Assembly (NCBI GenBank): GCA_038867615.1
Contig: JAWBYA010000002.1
Coordinates: 320,001-384,000 of the forward strand
Origin: Sulfolobales archaeon
GTDB lineage: Archaea > Thermoproteota > Thermoprotei_A > Sulfolobales > AG1
Reading direction: 5' to 3'
DNA: 64,000 nucleotides
Shown here: positions 21,526 to 31,555 of the stretch, in pieces
Layout of the letters: every line of letters begins with the position of its first letter
How positions within the stretch are numbered: position 1 is the first letter of the stretch
The notes under the pieces: generated by a model
Databases searched by the model: none
Seen by the model: the letters and a program-made list of their open reading frames with translations, nothing else
What the model was told of the DNA's origin: nothing
Program-made: the position numbers and the translations under genes

Positions 21526-22779
21526 TTATATAGATGATTTAACAACCCCACCATACTCCACGTCTTTAGAGACAACAACCCCTGGATATATTATTGCGTA
21601 GGCACCAATCTTAACCCCGGGCAGTATTGATGAATTCACACCTGTCTTCACATAACCCCCTATAAACGCTCCCAGCTTAACCCTCCCGCTACTTATCCTA
21701 GAACCCTTAACCCATACTTTAACAGGCTGCTCGTCGAATCTAAAGTTGGCTATTATCGTGCCAGCACCTAGGTTGACTTTCTCACATATAACAGAATCCC
21801 CCACATAGCTCAGATGGGGTATTTTAGCGCCTTCGAATACAACGCTAGCCTTAACCTCTACAGAGAAACCCACCACAGCGTTTTTACCAATATAGGTGAA
21901 CGGCCTGATATAGGCGTTGGGACCCACTTGGGCTCCTTCGTCTATATATACAGGGCCCTCTATGTAGGTGTGCCCCTTTACCCTTGCTCCCCTACCTATG
22001 TAGACAGGACCTTTTATAGTAACGCTACCCTCAACTTCTCCTAGGACTGTTCTCTCGGGTGTTTTCTCTATAACCCTCTTGTTAGCCTCTAAAACATCCC
22101 AGGGTCTCCCTATATCCATCCATTCACTGCTATCTATGCTTATCACTCTCAAGCCTCTGCCCTCTCTATGGAGTATCTCGACCAGATCTGTCAGCTCTAT
22201 CTCGCCTCTCGGCGATTCTTGGATTTTCTCAACATGTCTAACCATATCAGGGCTTAGCACATAGATACCAGCGTTGATAAGAGTCTCACCTTTTACTTCA
22301 GAGGGGTCTGGTTTCTCGATTACCCTCACCGCTTCTCCGGATCTCTCAACTATAACACCGTAGTTCCAGGGTTCTCTATGGCGAACACCAACTATTAGTG
22401 GGGCTCTTAAGCTTACCACCTTCTTTATAACGCTATCGTCTATCAATAGATCTCCATAGACTACAAGGCTCTCTTCAGAGATACTGCTTGAGGCTGTTAG
22501 AAGAGCATCACCGCTCCCCTTCTCCTCTTTCTGCCTTACAGTCTCAACCTCTACCCCCAGTCTATCGGCTACCTCTCCCACATGCTTTGATAGAAGATCT
22601 GACATATAGCCTGTGACAACAACAAACCTCCTAATCCCCTCCCTATAACCAGCCTCGATAAGTCTTTCCACGATAGTCTTGCCAGCAACAATGATCATCG
22701 GCTTGGGTCTTGTATCTGTTATTGGCTTAAGTCTTTCACCCTTCCCCCCAGCTAGTATGACCATCTGCATGCTATACAC
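21526..22779 (-). CDS. glmU: Bifunctional sugar-1-phosphate nucleotidylyltransferase/acetyltransferase (archaeal GlmU-like)
   Basis: LAGGKGERLKPIT..RPKPM, EKP, DIGRPWD; hexapeptide left-handed beta-helix; HLSYVGDS, KLGAFIG. Confidence 0.88.
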   Translation of the reverse strand: MYSMQMVILAGGKGERLKPITDTRPKPMIIVAGKTIVERLIEAGYREGIRRFVVVTGYMSDLLSKHVGEVADRLGVEVETVRQKEEKGSGDALLTASSSISEESLVVYGDLLIDDSVIKKVVSLRAPLIVGVRHREPWNYGVIVERSGEAVRVIEKPDPSEVKGETLINAGIYVLSPDMVRHVEKIQESPRGEIELTDLVEILHREGRGLRVISIDSSEWMDIGRPWDVLEANKRVIEKTPERTVLGEVEGSVTIKGPVYIGRGARVKGHTYIEGPVYIDEGAQVGPNAYIRPFTYIGKNAVVGFSVEVKASVVFEGAKIPHLSYVGDSVICEKVNLGAGTIIANFRFDEQPVKVWVKGSRISSGRVKLGAFIGGYVKTGVNSSILPGVKIGAYAIIYPGVVVSKDVEYGGVVKSSI

Positions 22780-25267
22780 CGGCCCCTTTTGCCTCGTACC
22801 TCTCTATCCTCTCAATAATCCTCTTGCTCTCCTCCCTTAGCTTCTCAACCTCTTCTCTTAGCTGTTTATACTCTGTACCCTTCTCCATATGATCTCTTAT
22901 CTTTTTCACAGCCTCTCTAGCCCTTCTCCTAACAAAACCCACAGGATCTTTTTCCGCAGCCTCCCCAAGCACTTCTAGGAACTCTGGGTTCTTTAGCTCC
23001 TCCATAGATGATATGGCTGCTATCCTAACCCTATGGCTCGGATCTGTTCTAAGGATCTCCATGAGCTTCTCAACAACCTCCCTCCTCCCCGGGAACTTCC
23101 CGAGAGATGATGCTGCTGCTACCCTAACCATTGTGTGTTTATCACGCTCAAGGTATCTCAGGATCACTTTGAGACTATCATCCCCACCAATATTGCCAAG
23201 TCCTTGAAGAACACCTCTTGTAATGATCTCTGCGTGGCTCGGCGTATCTAGGTATTTCACTAGCTCGTTGAACGCCCAGCCGATCCTAGTCTTACCGAGG
23301 GATAATGCCGCCGAAGCCCTAACATAGTATGTCTCGTTAGGATTGCTCAAGATCCCTAGAAGTGTTTTCGCAACCTCCTCATCACCTCTAAAGCTGCCCA
23401 GGGCTTCCACAATAGCTCTCCTGGATCTCGGGTTATCGATCTTCTTCAGAGCATCGATCAATGCTTTCTTCGCATCCTCCCCACCCACTTTTCCAAGAGC
23501 CCTAGCTATCTCTGCCTGAACACCCCAGAAGCTCTCCCTCTCAAGGGCTTTGGCAAGGATCTCGACTACCCTCGAGCCTGTCTTTTTCGATAGCCCCTCT
23601 ATTGCTAGCAATTTGCAGAAGACATGGGGATCTTCTAACATGTTCCCAAGGATCTCCACATCTTCTTCAACCTCGTAGACAGCGAATGCGTCGAAATCAG
23701 GGTTGGGGCATATATATTTGGGAGGCTCCTCCGCCTCTAAGAAGATCGTTCTCTCCCTCTCCTCAAGCATCATTTTTCTCTCAATAACACTGTTGGGGAA
23801 TCTTATCAGCAGTCTTAGGGGTATCCTGTAGATTTCAAGGCTATCCTGGCTCTGAACCTGTTTTATAGAGATCTTGAGAACCCTATCCCTAGGCTCATAC
23901 TCTGTCTTCACACTTATGACCGGGTGTCCGGAGCTATAGACATATTGGTCGAAAAACCACTCGAGATCCTTTCCACTTACCTCCTCAAAAACCTTTCTAA
24001 GATCCTCTGTATCTGTATTCCCAAAACCATATCTAGAGAGATAGCTCTTCAAAGCCTCCCTAAACTTAGATTCACCAACGATATTCCTCAGCGTGTGTAG
24101 AACCAGGGCTCCCTTTGGATATGAGTGTGAATCGAAGAGCTCGTCTGGATCTCTATATATCCTCATAACTATAGGTCTAGAATACCTCCTGCTATACTCC
24201 TCGAGATATGATTTCAGATCACCATAAAGCTCATATATAAATTCATCCTCACCCTTATCCTTCCTCGTATAAAGGGCCTCGAGATATGTTGCAAAGCTCT
24301 CGTTAAGCCATATATTGCTCCAATCCTTACACGTGACAAGATCCCCGAACCACTGGTGGACTAGCTCGTGGGCAACCAGAGGATCTGATGAGAACTCCTT
24401 ATGGGCTATGTCATCGTGGAGTGTTAAGTCCGTTAGAAAGGTTGCTGTCACGTTCTCCATACCGCCTACTATGAACTCTTTAACACACACCTGTGTATAG
24501 GATCTATATGGGTACCTAACCCCCAGGTATTCGTTGAAGAATCTAATCATATCGGGGGTTTTTGAGAAGGAGTTCTTAATAAACCCACCCATTCCTTTGG
24601 GAACGAGGTATCGGAGCCTTATACCATCGACAACCTCTTCAGCCTCGTCGAAAACACCTACCGCTAGTGCTATTAAGTAGGAGGGCATCGGATGATCCAT
24701 CCTATATCTCCATCTCTTATAACCATCACCGATATCCTCAACGGACAAGAGATCCCCGTTACTCACAACACTATAGATGCTTGGAACCTCGGCCGTAAGG
24801 GTCCAGGTTAGCCTCATGTTGGGATAGTCATATATAGGGATCCAGTATCTAGTATCCTCAGCCTCACCCTGGCTCCACATCTGTGGGTAATCGTCGTTAC
24901 TCTTAGGCAGTACAAAATGGAGCCCCTTGATCGGTTTTGATTCATATAGGATCTCCACCTGGAAATTGTTCCCAGAACCCCTCGGGATCATTATAGTTAA
25001 CTTTGAACCATCATAGCTGTACTTAGCCTCGGATCCATTGATCCTAACAGCCTTCAGTGACATGTCAACAGCATCCAGCTCTATATAGCCCCTATCATCG
25101 ATCACCTCTATATCGTGGACAACCCTACCCCTAATGCTTCTGGAAATAACATCAGTTCTTATATATATATCGGCATGTCTTATCCTAAACCAATACTCCC
25201 TAGCATACCTAGCCCTATACCCAGGGAAAATGAAATCCCTTCCAGTCTTGAGGGGCAGCCCCTTCAA
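22772..25267 (-). CDS. M1 family aminopeptidase with C-terminal HEAT repeats and coiled coil
   Basis: GGMEN, HELVHQWFG-x18-E (WLNESFATY), YPKG; repeated HEAT-like units; terminal heptad stretch. Confidence 0.92.
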   Translation of the reverse strand: MKGLPLKTGRDFIFPGYRARYAREYWFRIRHADIYIRTDVISRSIRGRVVHDIEVIDDRGYIELDAVDMSLKAVRINGSEAKYSYDGSKLTIMIPRGSGNNFQVEILYESKPIKGLHFVLPKSNDDYPQMWSQGEAEDTRYWIPIYDYPNMRLTWTLTAEVPSIYSVVSNGDLLSVEDIGDGYKRWRYRMDHPMPSYLIALAVGVFDEAEEVVDGIRLRYLVPKGMGGFIKNSFSKTPDMIRFFNEYLGVRYPYRSYTQVCVKEFIVGGMENVTATFLTDLTLHDDIAHKEFSSDPLVAHELVHQWFGDLVTCKDWSNIWLNESFATYLEALYTRKDKGEDEFIYELYGDLKSYLEEYSRRYSRPIVMRIYRDPDELFDSHSYPKGALVLHTLRNIVGESKFREALKSYLSRYGFGNTDTEDLRKVFEEVSGKDLEWFFDQYVYSSGHPVISVKTEYEPRDRVLKISIKQVQSQDSLEIYRIPLRLLIRFPNSVIERKMMLEERERTIFLEAEEPPKYICPNPDFDAFAVYEVEEDVEILGNMLEDPHVFCKLLAIEGLSKKTGSRVVEILAKALERESFWGVQAEIARALGKVGGEDAKKALIDALKKIDNPRSRRAIVEALGSFRGDEEVAKTLLGILSNPNETYYVRASAALSLGKTRIGWAFNELVKYLDTPSHAEIITRGVLQGLGNIGGDDSLKVILRYLERDKHTMVRVAAASSLGKFPGRREVVEKLMEILRTDPSHRVRIAAISSMEELKNPEFLEVLGEAAEKDPVGFVRRRAREAVKKIRDHMEKGTEYKQLREEVEKLREESKRIIERIERYEAKGAGV

Positions 25268-25381
25268 TATCTCCCCCCATGATATCCTATCAGCTTTTTT
25301 ATCATTTTATTCAGATACTGGGGAAAAGAATATCCCAGCCTGCTTTTAATAGGAGACCCGTCTTATTAGATCTGGTTAGCA

Positions 25382-26290
25382 ATGGTGAAGAGACCTGGCG
25401 GTAGGGCCTTAACACTAGCAATCCTCTCTATAGTAGCATTGATCTCGATATCCTCTGCATCTATATTGATAAAAGCCACTACATCTCCTCCTAGCATCGT
25501 TTCTTTCTGGCGGTTATTCATATCAGTGTTAATACTGCTTCTCTACTCGATCATTACCAACAGACTTGGTCTTATAGCTAGATCTATGGAGAGGAACCTA
25601 CTCCTCACAGTCCTATCAGGATTCTTTCTAGCAATTCATTTCTACTCATGGATATGGAGTCTCAGACTACTCCCGGTTATTGTGAGCACAACGCTTGTCG
25701 ATCTCCACCCAGTATTTACTGGGATATTATCACACGCTATCCTTAAAGAGAGGCTGGAGAAGAAGCAGTGGGTATTGATAATAATATCCCTTTCAGGGGG
25801 CTTGTTAGCATCGTATAGAGAGCCTAGCTCTCTTGCTGGCGAGTGGGTGCTAGGCTCGATCCTGTCTATAATAGGCGCCCTAGCAGCCTCTGGGTATTTC
25901 GTGATAGGAAGGATTGTTAGGAAAAGCGCTGGTCTCTATGAATACGTGATCCCTACCTACTTATGGTCCTCAGTATTCCTAGCAGTAATATCTATTCTAG
26001 AGGGTCGCTATAATCTCCTCACCACTGATCCTAGGGAGTTCGCGCTATTCATAGCGATCGCGATAGGCCCTATGATAGGCGGGCATACAGTGCTTAACTA
26101 TATGCTTAGATATGTGGAAGCGCCTATAGTATCCACCATAGCTGTTCTAGAACCTGTTGGTGCCGGGATCCTTGCATACATATTCCTAGGAGAGCTAGTA
26201 GAGCCCATAAATATCCTCGGAATATCGCTAGCAGTATCCGGCATAGTGATCCTTGGGATCACCTTGCTGAACAGATCCCAACAAGCTTGA
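25382..26290 (+). CDS. DMT/EamA family transporter
   Basis: About 10 TM with duplicated EamA halves; LKERL, LEPV..ILAYIFLGE. Confidence 0.9.
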   Translation: MVKRPGGRALTLAILSIVALISISSASILIKATTSPPSIVSFWRLFISVLILLLYSIITNRLGLIARSMERNLLLTVLSGFFLAIHFYSWIWSLRLLPVIVSTTLVDLHPVFTGILSHAILKERLEKKQWVLIIISLSGGLLASYREPSSLAGEWVLGSILSIIGALAASGYFVIGRIVRKSAGLYEYVIPTYLWSSVFLAVISILEGRYNLLTTDPREFALFIAIAIGPMIGGHTVLNYMLRYVEAPIVSTIAVLEPVGAGILAYIFLGELVEPINILGISLAVSGIVILGITLLNRSQQA

Positions 26291-26296
26291 GAGATC

Positions 26297-27031
26297 TTGA
26301 AAAGCAATATAAAATCCTCTATAGCGAACCATACTGGGAGAGATAGAGTGTCCAGCGATATTTTTAAGAGCAAGGGATCTGGGATCAAACGTTTAGCAGC
26401 AATCGGGGTAGTGTTATTCGTAGTATCAGCAATAATAGGCTCGCTCTCACCAGAAGAGGTCAAAAAAACACTCTACGGATCTCTTAGTGAGAAGGTTAGG
26501 GAGATAGAACAGGCCATCTCAGGCTCTGGCGTTTATGGGTTACTCCTACTACCCCTCATTATTTTCGGCAATAACCTTATGGTGTCTTTGATAATGCTCG
26601 CACTATTCCCAACAATAGCTGGTCCATGGCTCTTCATAGCTTTTCAAGGTTTTGCAACCGGAGCGATCATAGGTTACACGGGAATTGACGAGAGTATCGA
26701 ACAGGCTTTATCAACGATCTCTAGCTGCACGCTCAGCCCCTCTGATATATCTATACTCAAAGCAGCCCTACTAATACCCCACGGGATCTTCGAGATACCT
26801 GGGATAAGCGTGTTCATGGCAACATCTGCTAGGCTCTCATTCACATTGATCGACTATGTGTCGTGGAAAAAGGGGAAGAGAGCCGAGAAGCCCATCTTTA
26901 CCCAGACGCTTAGAAGCCTCTTACCAGCAATACTCATTGGCGCCGCCCTCTTGCTAGTAGCCGCCTTTGTTGAATCATTCATAACCCCCCTAGTAGGTTT
27001 TATAACAGCTATCGCATTGTGTTCTAAATAG
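26297..27031 (+). CDS. SpoIIM (DUF95) family membrane protein
   Basis: IFGNN, LIPHGIFEIP, AAFVESFITP. Confidence 0.88.
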   Translation: MKSNIKSSIANHTGRDRVSSDIFKSKGSGIKRLAAIGVVLFVVSAIIGSLSPEEVKKTLYGSLSEKVREIEQAISGSGVYGLLLLPLIIFGNNLMVSLIMLALFPTIAGPWLFIAFQGFATGAIIGYTGIDESIEQALSTISSCTLSPSDISILKAALLIPHGIFEIPGISVFMATSARLSFTLIDYVSWKKGKRAEKPIFTQTLRSLLPAILIGAALLLVAAFVESFITPLVGFITAIALCSK

Positions 27032-27244
27032 CTAGAGCTCTATACCAGCCTTTTTGGAGAAATTATTAATAGTTATTGATACTAGCCTCCCACCCTTGAT
27101 CCTCACAACTATATCTTCCCCAACCAATAGTGCCTCGTCTATATCCTCAACATCATCTCCAAAGTTTATGTAAAGTATATCGCTCGACCTATCATACTCC
27201 AGCCACATATCTTCCAGATCCGACACTATGAACTCCCTACCCAC
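27032..27244 (-). CDS. DUF2283 domain-containing small protein
   Basis: YDRSSDILYINF...IVVRI..GRLVSITI pattern. Confidence 0.75.
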   Translation of the reverse strand: MGREFIVSDLEDMWLEYDRSSDILYINFGDDVEDIDEALLVGEDIVVRIKGGRLVSITINNFSKKAGIEL

Positions 27245-27383
27245 CTATAGCACCGACTAACCACCCACTACACAGCTAATATTGCGAACAGCTTACAATG
27301 ATCGCTTGGCATTACCAGCTAGACCGTGCTAGGCGCTTAATAAGCATAAATAGCAAGCGGCTTAATATTACCGGTGGCGATGC

Positions 27384-28616
27384 GTGGTTGAAGGTTTAAG
27401 GATAGATCCCGACAGGTTTCTCAGAACATTCGATCTATTCTCATCTATAGGCTGGGATAGTGAGAAGGGTATGCAGAGACTATCCCTTGACGAGAACGAT
27501 TTAAGGGCTAGAAGACTTTTGATAGAAATGCTTGGAAGCCTGGGCGCTTCGATAAAATACGATGAGGCTGGGAACATTATAGCCGAGATAGGTGATGGGA
27601 GAGAGACAATAGCCGTAGGATCACACCTAGACGCAGTACCAGGTGGCGGAAAATATGACGGAGCCCTAGGGGTTGTGACCGGCCTAGAAGTTCTTAGGAT
27701 AGTTAGAGAATCCGGTATAAAGCTTAAGCATAAGCTCTCATTGATAGACTTCACCAACGAGGAGGGGTCTAGGTGGACGCCCTCTTTAATGGGCTCAGGA
27801 TTATCAACAGGAGTCTATGATCCCGGCTACATATACAATAGAAAGGATCGGGATGGTATTAGCTTTGGAGAAGCCCTCGAAAGATCAGGGTTTAAGGGTG
27901 AGAGAACAAACAACCTAGCAAACAATCCTCCCAAGTACTACTTAGAACTCCACATAGAACAAGGACCAGAGCTCGACACAGAAGGTATTAAAATAGGGAT
28001 ACCTATGGGCATAGTAGCTATAACAGTATGGGAAGCCTCCTTCAAGGGTGAAAGCAACCATGCAGGGACAACACCGATGAGTGTTAGGAGAGATGCATTA
28101 GCAGGATTCGCAAAATTCGCCACAAGGGCTCGTGAATATGCCCTCAAAAACCAAGGCATCATTAGGATCACTATAGGTAAGATCAACATATATCCAGGCG
28201 TTCATAACGTTGTACCAGGGTTTGCTAGCTTCACAATAGAGGCCAGAAGCCCCGACCCCAAAGCCATAGAGAGGGCTGAGAAGTTCTTAAAAATAATCGG
28301 AGAAACGATAGCCGAGGAAGAAGGGCTCGAATTCGAGATTAAGAGAAGCTTCACACTAGATAGGATACATTTCAACGAAGAAGTAGTATCAACAATAGAA
28401 TCAGTATGCAGGGATCTGGGGCTGAGTTATAAGAAGATGTGGAGCTGGGCGGGTCATGATGCCCAAAACATGGCGAGGATCTCAAAGACTGGCATGATAT
28501 TCGTCCCATCTGTTGGTGGGAAGAGCCACTCTAAGGATGAATATACAAAAGACGAAGATCTGGTGAATGGTTTAAAAGTACTGCTAGAAACCGTGATCAG
28601 GCTTGATAGGATGTGA
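27384..28616 (+). CDS. M20 Zn amidohydrolase (N-carbamoyl-L-amino acid/allantoate amidohydrolase family)
   Basis: GSHLDAVPGGGKYDGALGV, NEEG.R, ELHIEQGP, NHAGTTPM, GHDA. Confidence 0.92.
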   Translation: MVEGLRIDPDRFLRTFDLFSSIGWDSEKGMQRLSLDENDLRARRLLIEMLGSLGASIKYDEAGNIIAEIGDGRETIAVGSHLDAVPGGGKYDGALGVVTGLEVLRIVRESGIKLKHKLSLIDFTNEEGSRWTPSLMGSGLSTGVYDPGYIYNRKDRDGISFGEALERSGFKGERTNNLANNPPKYYLELHIEQGPELDTEGIKIGIPMGIVAITVWEASFKGESNHAGTTPMSVRRDALAGFAKFATRAREYALKNQGIIRITIGKINIYPGVHNVVPGFASFTIEARSPDPKAIERAEKFLKIIGETIAEEEGLEFEIKRSFTLDRIHFNEEVVSTIESVCRDLGLSYKKMWSWAGHDAQNMARISKTGMIFVPSVGGKSHSKDEYTKDEDLVNGLKVLLETVIRLDRM

Positions 28617-28622
28617 TAGACG

Positions 28623-29882
28623 CTATGAGCCTTTGCTTGAGAGAATCAGCGGTAATAACGCGTAGATCTTGGAAGCAGATACCACATCCTCGATCTCTAT
28701 ATACTCATCCGGCGTGTGTGCTGCTCCAAGCACCCCTGGACCGTAGGTAGCCGCCTCGTAGCCTGCTGCGACATAGTATCTCATGTCAAGCCCCCCTATA
28801 CATACTATCTTTCTAGGTCTTGCCCCAAGAACAGTCTCAGACGCTTTTTCTATCGCGCCAAAGATCCTTGAGCCTGGATCTACCACTACAGGCTCCATTT
28901 TGTGAACAAGCCTAAGCTCCACATCAGCCCCTACCTTTCTAGCGGTATCCTCTATGAACTCCTTTATCTCTCTCCACGCATCCTCAATGCTCTCCTCAAC
29001 TATAAGCCTCCTATCAAAGCTGAACACAACCTCACCAGGGATCTGGTTTATCTTCTCGCCCCCCTTTAGATACCCACCAATCATGATTGTAGCCCTATTA
29101 CCCTCCTCAAGATCATATGTATACTTACTCCTCTTAGCCTCTATCCTTGGAACAAGCTCGTCAAACATCTTCCTAGCTATAAGGGTTGCCTTGTCAAAAG
29201 CATTCACACCAAGCCACGGAGTTGATCCATGGCCAGTCCTTCCCTTAACAACAACCTCACCCCATACAGCCCCCTTATGCCCTATATATATCTGCCCCAG
29301 ACCGCTGGGCTCTGCTATAACAACATATCTACTCCTAACCATGCCCTTCTCAACCACGTATCCCGTACCAGTTGATCCCCCGATCTCCTCGTCTGGGACG
29401 AATACGGCTTCAACACCTATGCCTAGGCGATCAGCGTTCTTAGATAATGATGCCATAGCAGTCGCTATAGCAGCTATGCCTCCCTTCATGTCTGTGGATC
29501 CTCTACCGTATAGTTTTCCATCAACGATCCTTGGCTTGAATGGTTCCGTAACACTCCAGCCAGGTCCTCCTGGGACTACATCGTAATGCCCATTGAAGTG
29601 GATAGCCACATTATCTCTGCTACCGATCCTCGCCAGCACTATATATCTAGCCCTCCCCCTACCCTCTTGAGGAACCCTAGGATCTACGTATTCCTGGGGA
29701 ACCTTGTGGATCTCTACAGAGACGCCCATGCTCTCTAGAAGCTCTTTAGAGACTCTTGCAAACTCCTCATAACCCTCACCCCAAGGAGAAACGGTAGGGA
29801 TCGACACTATCTCCCTTAGAAACCTCACTGCAAAATCCCTATAACTCTCAACATTCCCCACAACCAGGCCTGGATCTATCAT
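28623..29882 (-). CDS. M20 metallopeptidase, ArgE/DapE family
   Basis: FNGHYDVVP, YGRGSTDMKGG, DEE, IAEP, GHKG, AHTPDE. Confidence 0.92.
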   Translation of the reverse strand: MIDPGLVVGNVESYRDFAVRFLREIVSIPTVSPWGEGYEEFARVSKELLESMGVSVEIHKVPQEYVDPRVPQEGRGRARYIVLARIGSRDNVAIHFNGHYDVVPGGPGWSVTEPFKPRIVDGKLYGRGSTDMKGGIAAIATAMASLSKNADRLGIGVEAVFVPDEEIGGSTGTGYVVEKGMVRSRYVVIAEPSGLGQIYIGHKGAVWGEVVVKGRTGHGSTPWLGVNAFDKATLIARKMFDELVPRIEAKRSKYTYDLEEGNRATIMIGGYLKGGEKINQIPGEVVFSFDRRLIVEESIEDAWREIKEFIEDTARKVGADVELRLVHKMEPVVVDPGSRIFGAIEKASETVLGARPRKIVCIGGLDMRYYVAAGYEAATYGPGVLGAAHTPDEYIEIEDVVSASKIYALLPLILSSKGS

Positions 29883-30162
29883 CCGCCAAACACACCAAGA
29901 TACAATTCTATAGAGGGCTTAATAGCTAGTAAAGATCCCTATCCATGGGTTCATGGCCTGTTTGCTTAAAGTTTTCCAGCTATTGAGAACTAATCAGTAT
30001 GGGCTTTATGAATCCTACCATGTGGAGAGCCCCCTAAACATGACTGTTCTAGGCTAAGAAAACATTGTAGTATCAATACAACCCATCAACCCTTCGGATC
30101 TCTATTAGCAATGTCTCTGTGTCTTTTAATATCTTCTCTAACGTATAGTCCTTGGGACTAGT

Positions 30163-31554
30163 ATGGAGCATGATCTTGATGTGCTATATAGACTGGTTAA
30201 ACATGCTGAATCCCTCGGCGCTAGTTATGCTGAGGCTAGGTTTCATAGATACTTATACGAGCTTGTGAGAGCAGATAATGGTTCCTTGAAAGACTACTCA
30301 GTGACAAGCAGGGCTGGGTTTGGCGTGAGGGTTCTCTACAACAATAGGGTTGGTTTCTCAGCAACCAATTCAACCAACATAGAGGATCTTACGTCAGCTG
30401 TCCAAAATGCTGTTGCTGCTGCAAAGGCTTCGAAGAAACAAGTCACCCTAGCCGAGAGACCCTATGTGAAAGGGAAGCGGATTCCCAACATACGTATAGA
30501 CCCATTCTCAGTACCTCCTGAGGAGAAGATCAGAATTGCTTTAGAGACTAACAGAGCTGGTCTAGAGGTTGAGGGGATAAGATCCTCTATAACTATGCTC
30601 GGGATCCAGAGGGATTTTAGATCGGTAGTTTCTAGCGATGCCGAGGTAACATGGGAGGTGGTGCTCGTAGGCATATCCCATACCAGCGTTGCTGGAGAGG
30701 CTGGCTCTATGGAGAGGCTCCATGATAGCCGCTCAATGGCGTCTGGATGGGAGTTCATTCAAAACAACGATTGGAAAAGCTTTGCTAGGGATATAAGCAT
30801 GACCGTTAAAAAAGCTCTGAAAGCCCCAACCCCTCCTCCTGGAAAGACGAGGGTTGTTATGGATCCAGACCTCGTAGGGCTATTGCTCCACGAAGCTTTT
30901 GGACATGCGTCGGAAGGGGATCTCGTCGCTTCAGGTACATCTATACTTAAGGATAAGGTTGGGGTGAGTGTCGCTTCTGAGATCGTTACCATAGTTGACG
31001 ACGGACTAGTCATGGGGGGATACCCAGTACCCTATGACGATGAGGGTAATCCTAAAGAGAGAACAGTGATTGTTGAGAAGGGCATGCTTAGGGGATATCT
31101 AACTGACAGAACCTCAGCATCGCTTCTAGGAGTAGGGGTCACTGGCAATGGACGGGCTCAGGACTTTGAGAGTGCTCCCATTGTTAGACAGACCAATATA
31201 TACATGGAACCTGGTGGGTGGAGCGTGGAGGAACAGATAAAAGAAGTAAGGAACGGGCTCTACCTATTAGGACGAGGGGCCGGCGGGGGTCAAGTTGATA
31301 CAGGGGCTGGTACGTTCACATTCTCTGCAGGGCCCTCGTACTTCATAAGAAACGGAGAGATCGGGGAGATGGTTAGGGGTGTGGTGATCTCTGGATATAT
31401 TTTGGAGACCTTAAAGAGTGTTGAGGCTGTCGGGAAGGATCTCAGGATCAGGACATCTGTATTCGGGGGTTGTGGAAAGAATGGACAGCTTGTGAGAGTT
31501 GGTGACGGAGGTCCCCACATAATGGTGAGAGAAATAATAGTTGGGGGGAGATAG
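30163..31554 (+). CDS. tldD: TldD metalloprotease subunit
   Basis: HEAFGH zinc motif, DDEG, TGNGRA, RQTN, GCGK.GQ.V.VG.GGP. Confidence 0.93.
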   Translation: MEHDLDVLYRLVKHAESLGASYAEARFHRYLYELVRADNGSLKDYSVTSRAGFGVRVLYNNRVGFSATNSTNIEDLTSAVQNAVAAAKASKKQVTLAERPYVKGKRIPNIRIDPFSVPPEEKIRIALETNRAGLEVEGIRSSITMLGIQRDFRSVVSSDAEVTWEVVLVGISHTSVAGEAGSMERLHDSRSMASGWEFIQNNDWKSFARDISMTVKKALKAPTPPPGKTRVVMDPDLVGLLLHEAFGHASEGDLVASGTSILKDKVGVSVASEIVTIVDDGLVMGGYPVPYDDEGNPKERTVIVEKGMLRGYLTDRTSASLLGVGVTGNGRAQDFESAPIVRQTNIYMEPGGWSVEEQIKEVRNGLYLLGRGAGGGQVDTGAGTFTFSAGPSYFIRNGEIGEMVRGVVISGYILETLKSVEAVGKDLRIRTSVFGGCGKNGQLVRVGDGGPHIMVREIIVGGR

Positions 31555-31555
31555 G

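Noticed and set aside
29900-30150. Possible sixth omega-like remnant (minus strand GATGGG...CAAACAG)
   Set aside because: Internal motifs and hairpin not recognisable; similarity could be chance
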